DNA of 64,000 bases from an uncultured Eubacterium sp. GTDB lineage: Bacteria > Bacillota > Clostridia > Oscillospirales > Acutalibacteraceae. Of the stretch, positions 62,300 to 64,000 are shown in pieces. The DNA lies in contig CALWVQ010000021.1 in the NCBI GenBank assembly GCA_944385025.1, positions 15,243 to 79,242 of the forward strand, in the 5' to 3' direction. Made by a program: the position numbers and the translations under genes. Position 1 is the first letter of the stretch. Each line of letters opens with the position of its first letter. Under the pieces are notes generated by a model. It saw only the letters and a list, made by a program, of their open reading frames with translations, searched no databases and was not told the DNA's origin.

Positions 62300-63260
62300 A
62301 GTTTAAATCTCCTTTTTTATAGTTTACTAAAATTATTCCCGCGCACACGAGAAGCAGAGAAATTACAGTTTTAATCAGGCTGTCGATGACATTCTCCCTC
62401 AAAATCAGAGCTGAAAAAACACATCCGAAAACCGGAGTCATAAAACCGAACACAGCGATTTTTGAAACGTGATTATATTTAAGCAAAATTCCCCATAAGG
62501 TATATGCGACAGCGGAAAGAACAGCAAGATAGAAAAGTATAAGCAATCCTTTAAAAGTATAATTTTCAATTCTTGCTCCGGTAATCAAAGCAAAAACGCT
62601 CATAACAAATCCGCCTGCCATAAACTGATAACCGCTTAAGATCACAGGATTTTCTTTTTTGCCGTATATTTTTATCAAAACACAGGAAAATGCGTATGAC
62701 AACGAACAAATAATAATAAATCCTTCACCTGAAAAAGAAACGTTTCCGTCAAAACCGCCTTGGGTAAAATTAATTAAAACAGTACCTGCAAAGCCTATAA
62801 CACAGCCTGCAATTTTTTTTGCATTTAGCTTTTCCTGTTTAAAAATCAAAGCTGATACAAGAACTGTAAAAAATACGCTTGTACTGTTTAATACTGCGCC
62901 TTTTGTACCTGTGGTATGGGCAAGACCTATATAAAAGAAAACATATTGAAGAATTGTTTGAAAAACAGAAAGAGTAAGTATATTTTTCACACTGCTTTTT
63001 TTAGGAATCAAAAATCTTTTAGAAACCACACTTCCCAAAAGTATTACAAGCACGCCTGCAATAAAAAATCTGATTCCTGCAAAAAGAATTTGTGTTTTCC
63101 AGTCCTGCGACGGTATGTTAAACTCATTGTACCCCAGCTTAATAAAGGGAAATGCGCTGCCCCATAGAGCACAGCACACTACTGCAAGCAAAGCGGAAAC
63201 AAAGGGCTTTTTCAGCAGCAGCGCTTTTTTACTGTTTTGTTGTTGAGCCAAATCCGCCAT
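62292..63260 (-). CDS. DMT superfamily (EamA) transporter
   Basis: 322 aa, 10 TM segments, with two EamA-like halves (ALWGSAFPFIK...). Confidence 0.8.
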
Positions 63261-63741
63261 CTCTTACTCCGTCAGCGCAGTCATCCACTGTAATGCCAAA
63301 CTGTGTAAATATACCCTGCGCAAAGCCATCTCCTGCATCCACAGTTGCAGTATGTCCGTCGTCGTGGGCGTCACAGCTGATTTTAATCATTATGTGCCCC
63401 TCGTTTGAGGAATTGTAGTAATCTGCGTCTATAATACCCACCGTATTATCAAGCTGACATCTGTGCTTAAATCCGAGACCTGAACGGGGATAAATTGAAA
63501 GAACCCATCCATCTTCAATTTTGGAGCGAATGCCTGTGGGAACTAATACCGATTTTCCTTTTTCAAAAGTAACCTGTGCAGGTGCGTAAAAATCATAACC
63601 GGCAGAACCTGTTGTGGCTCTTTTAGGTAACTTAATGCTGTCATAAACAGCTTTTACATCCTGCGTTTCGGGAAAATTTTTAAGCCAGTCCTTTTCAAAC
63701 TGCTCAAAAGAAACCTTTTCAAATTTTGCAATTCTGTTCAT
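63229..63741 (-). CDS. dut: dUTP diphosphatase
   Basis: The start is taken at ATG 63741 (AGGAG RBS). GSAGYDFYAP, PRSGLG, GIIDADYY, GGFGST. Confidence 0.88.
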   Translation of the reverse strand: MNRIAKFEKVSFEQFEKDWLKNFPETQDVKAVYDSIKLPKRATTGSAGYDFYAPAQVTFEKGKSVLVPTGIRSKIEDGWVLSIYPRSGLGFKHRCQLDNTVGIIDADYYNSSNEGHIMIKISCDAHDDGHTATVDAGDGFAQGIFTQFGITVDDCADGVRDGGFGSTTKQ

Positions 63742-63853
63742 GTGAAATCTCCTGTTTACATTATATAAATACTGATGGGAACATAATATCATATATAAAA
63801 AAATAAAACAATCCCATAGCTGTATTTTAACAGTTTAAGATTGTTTTTTATAT

Positions 63854-64000
63854 TTACAGCCCAAAGCTGATACTTAAAGCGTTATTTATTTTTCCCATAT
63901 CGCTACTGTCAAGAGCGCCCATTTTTTCTTTCAAAAGTCTTTTATCTATTGTACGTACCTGTTCAAGAAGCACTACGCTGTCCTTTGAAAGACCGCAGTT
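63854..64000 (-). CDS. mazF: PemK/MazF-family endoribonuclease toxin, C-terminal 48 codons only (truncated by the window edge)
   Basis: The minus-strand translation [48 protein letters not shown] matches the conserved MazF/EndoA C-terminus ([14 protein letters not shown]...L.ISLGL). Confidence 0.75.
   Translation of the reverse strand, partial: NCGLSKDSVVLLEQVRTIDKRLLKEKMGALDSSDMGKINNALSISFGL

Noticed and set aside
63805-63847. Possible terminator after mazF (aaaacaatc ... gattgtttt).
   Set aside because: It has a 9-bp AT-rich stem with a loop of about 25 nt, so the predicted stability is low. The region may just be the dut promoter region.

Overview
This is a low-GC, densely coding chromosomal segment from a spore-forming Firmicute that looks Clostridia-like (pro-sigma-K, ytfJ, scpAB, Rex, pyrK/pyrD class 1B). 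I call about 56 protein genes. Most lie on the minus strand in long, translationally coupled arrays.

The main blocks are:
- GH31 hydrolase.
- tepA-like, uppP-like, ftsK, ygiQ, comEA and comFC.
- An aconitase, isocitrate dehydrogenase, rex and orf228 operon.
- Canonical uppP.
- A soluble three-gene biotin carboxyl-transfer cluster.
- A 13-gene array running from a lipoprotein and a Wal-like two-component system through DUF1385, prmC, an M50 protease, scpAB, ytfJ and a DD-carboxypeptidase to rluB.
- upp and a uracil permease.
- uvrB, a MATE transporter and uvrA.
- sigK.
- A coiled-coil protein, a fumarase beta subunit and an AIM24 protein.
- Two tandem membrane parvulin PPIases.
- An O-antigen-ligase-like protein.
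- A complete nine-gene pyrimidine operon (pyrC-carAB-pyrKDFE-pyrBI).
- GH4 plus a PfkB kinase.
- putP.
- dut, EamA, a flavin-reductase/rubredoxin protein and abfA.
- A mazF toxin gene truncated by the window edge.

I found no rRNA, tRNA, CRISPR array, transposase, integrase, phage genes or large repeats, and no riboswitch-like leader. I do not see a clear-cut new multi-gene system. The window reads as core genome.

The observations most worth follow-up are:
- The MATE exporter translationally wedged between uvrB and uvrA, behind a perfect GAAC-N4-GTTC LexA-type box.
- An orphan class I fumarase beta subunit coupled to a small coiled-coil protein and an AIM24/TIGR00266 protein.
- A UppP paralogue with degenerate catalytic motifs in an ftsK/ygiQ/comEA/comFC operon.
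- A Cys-rich NHL-like protein coupled to rex, downstream of a near-consensus clostridial Rex box.
- Two tandem PPIase paralogues with oppositely charged cytoplasmic tails.

All family assignments come from motif recognition by eye in the translations. No database search was run.
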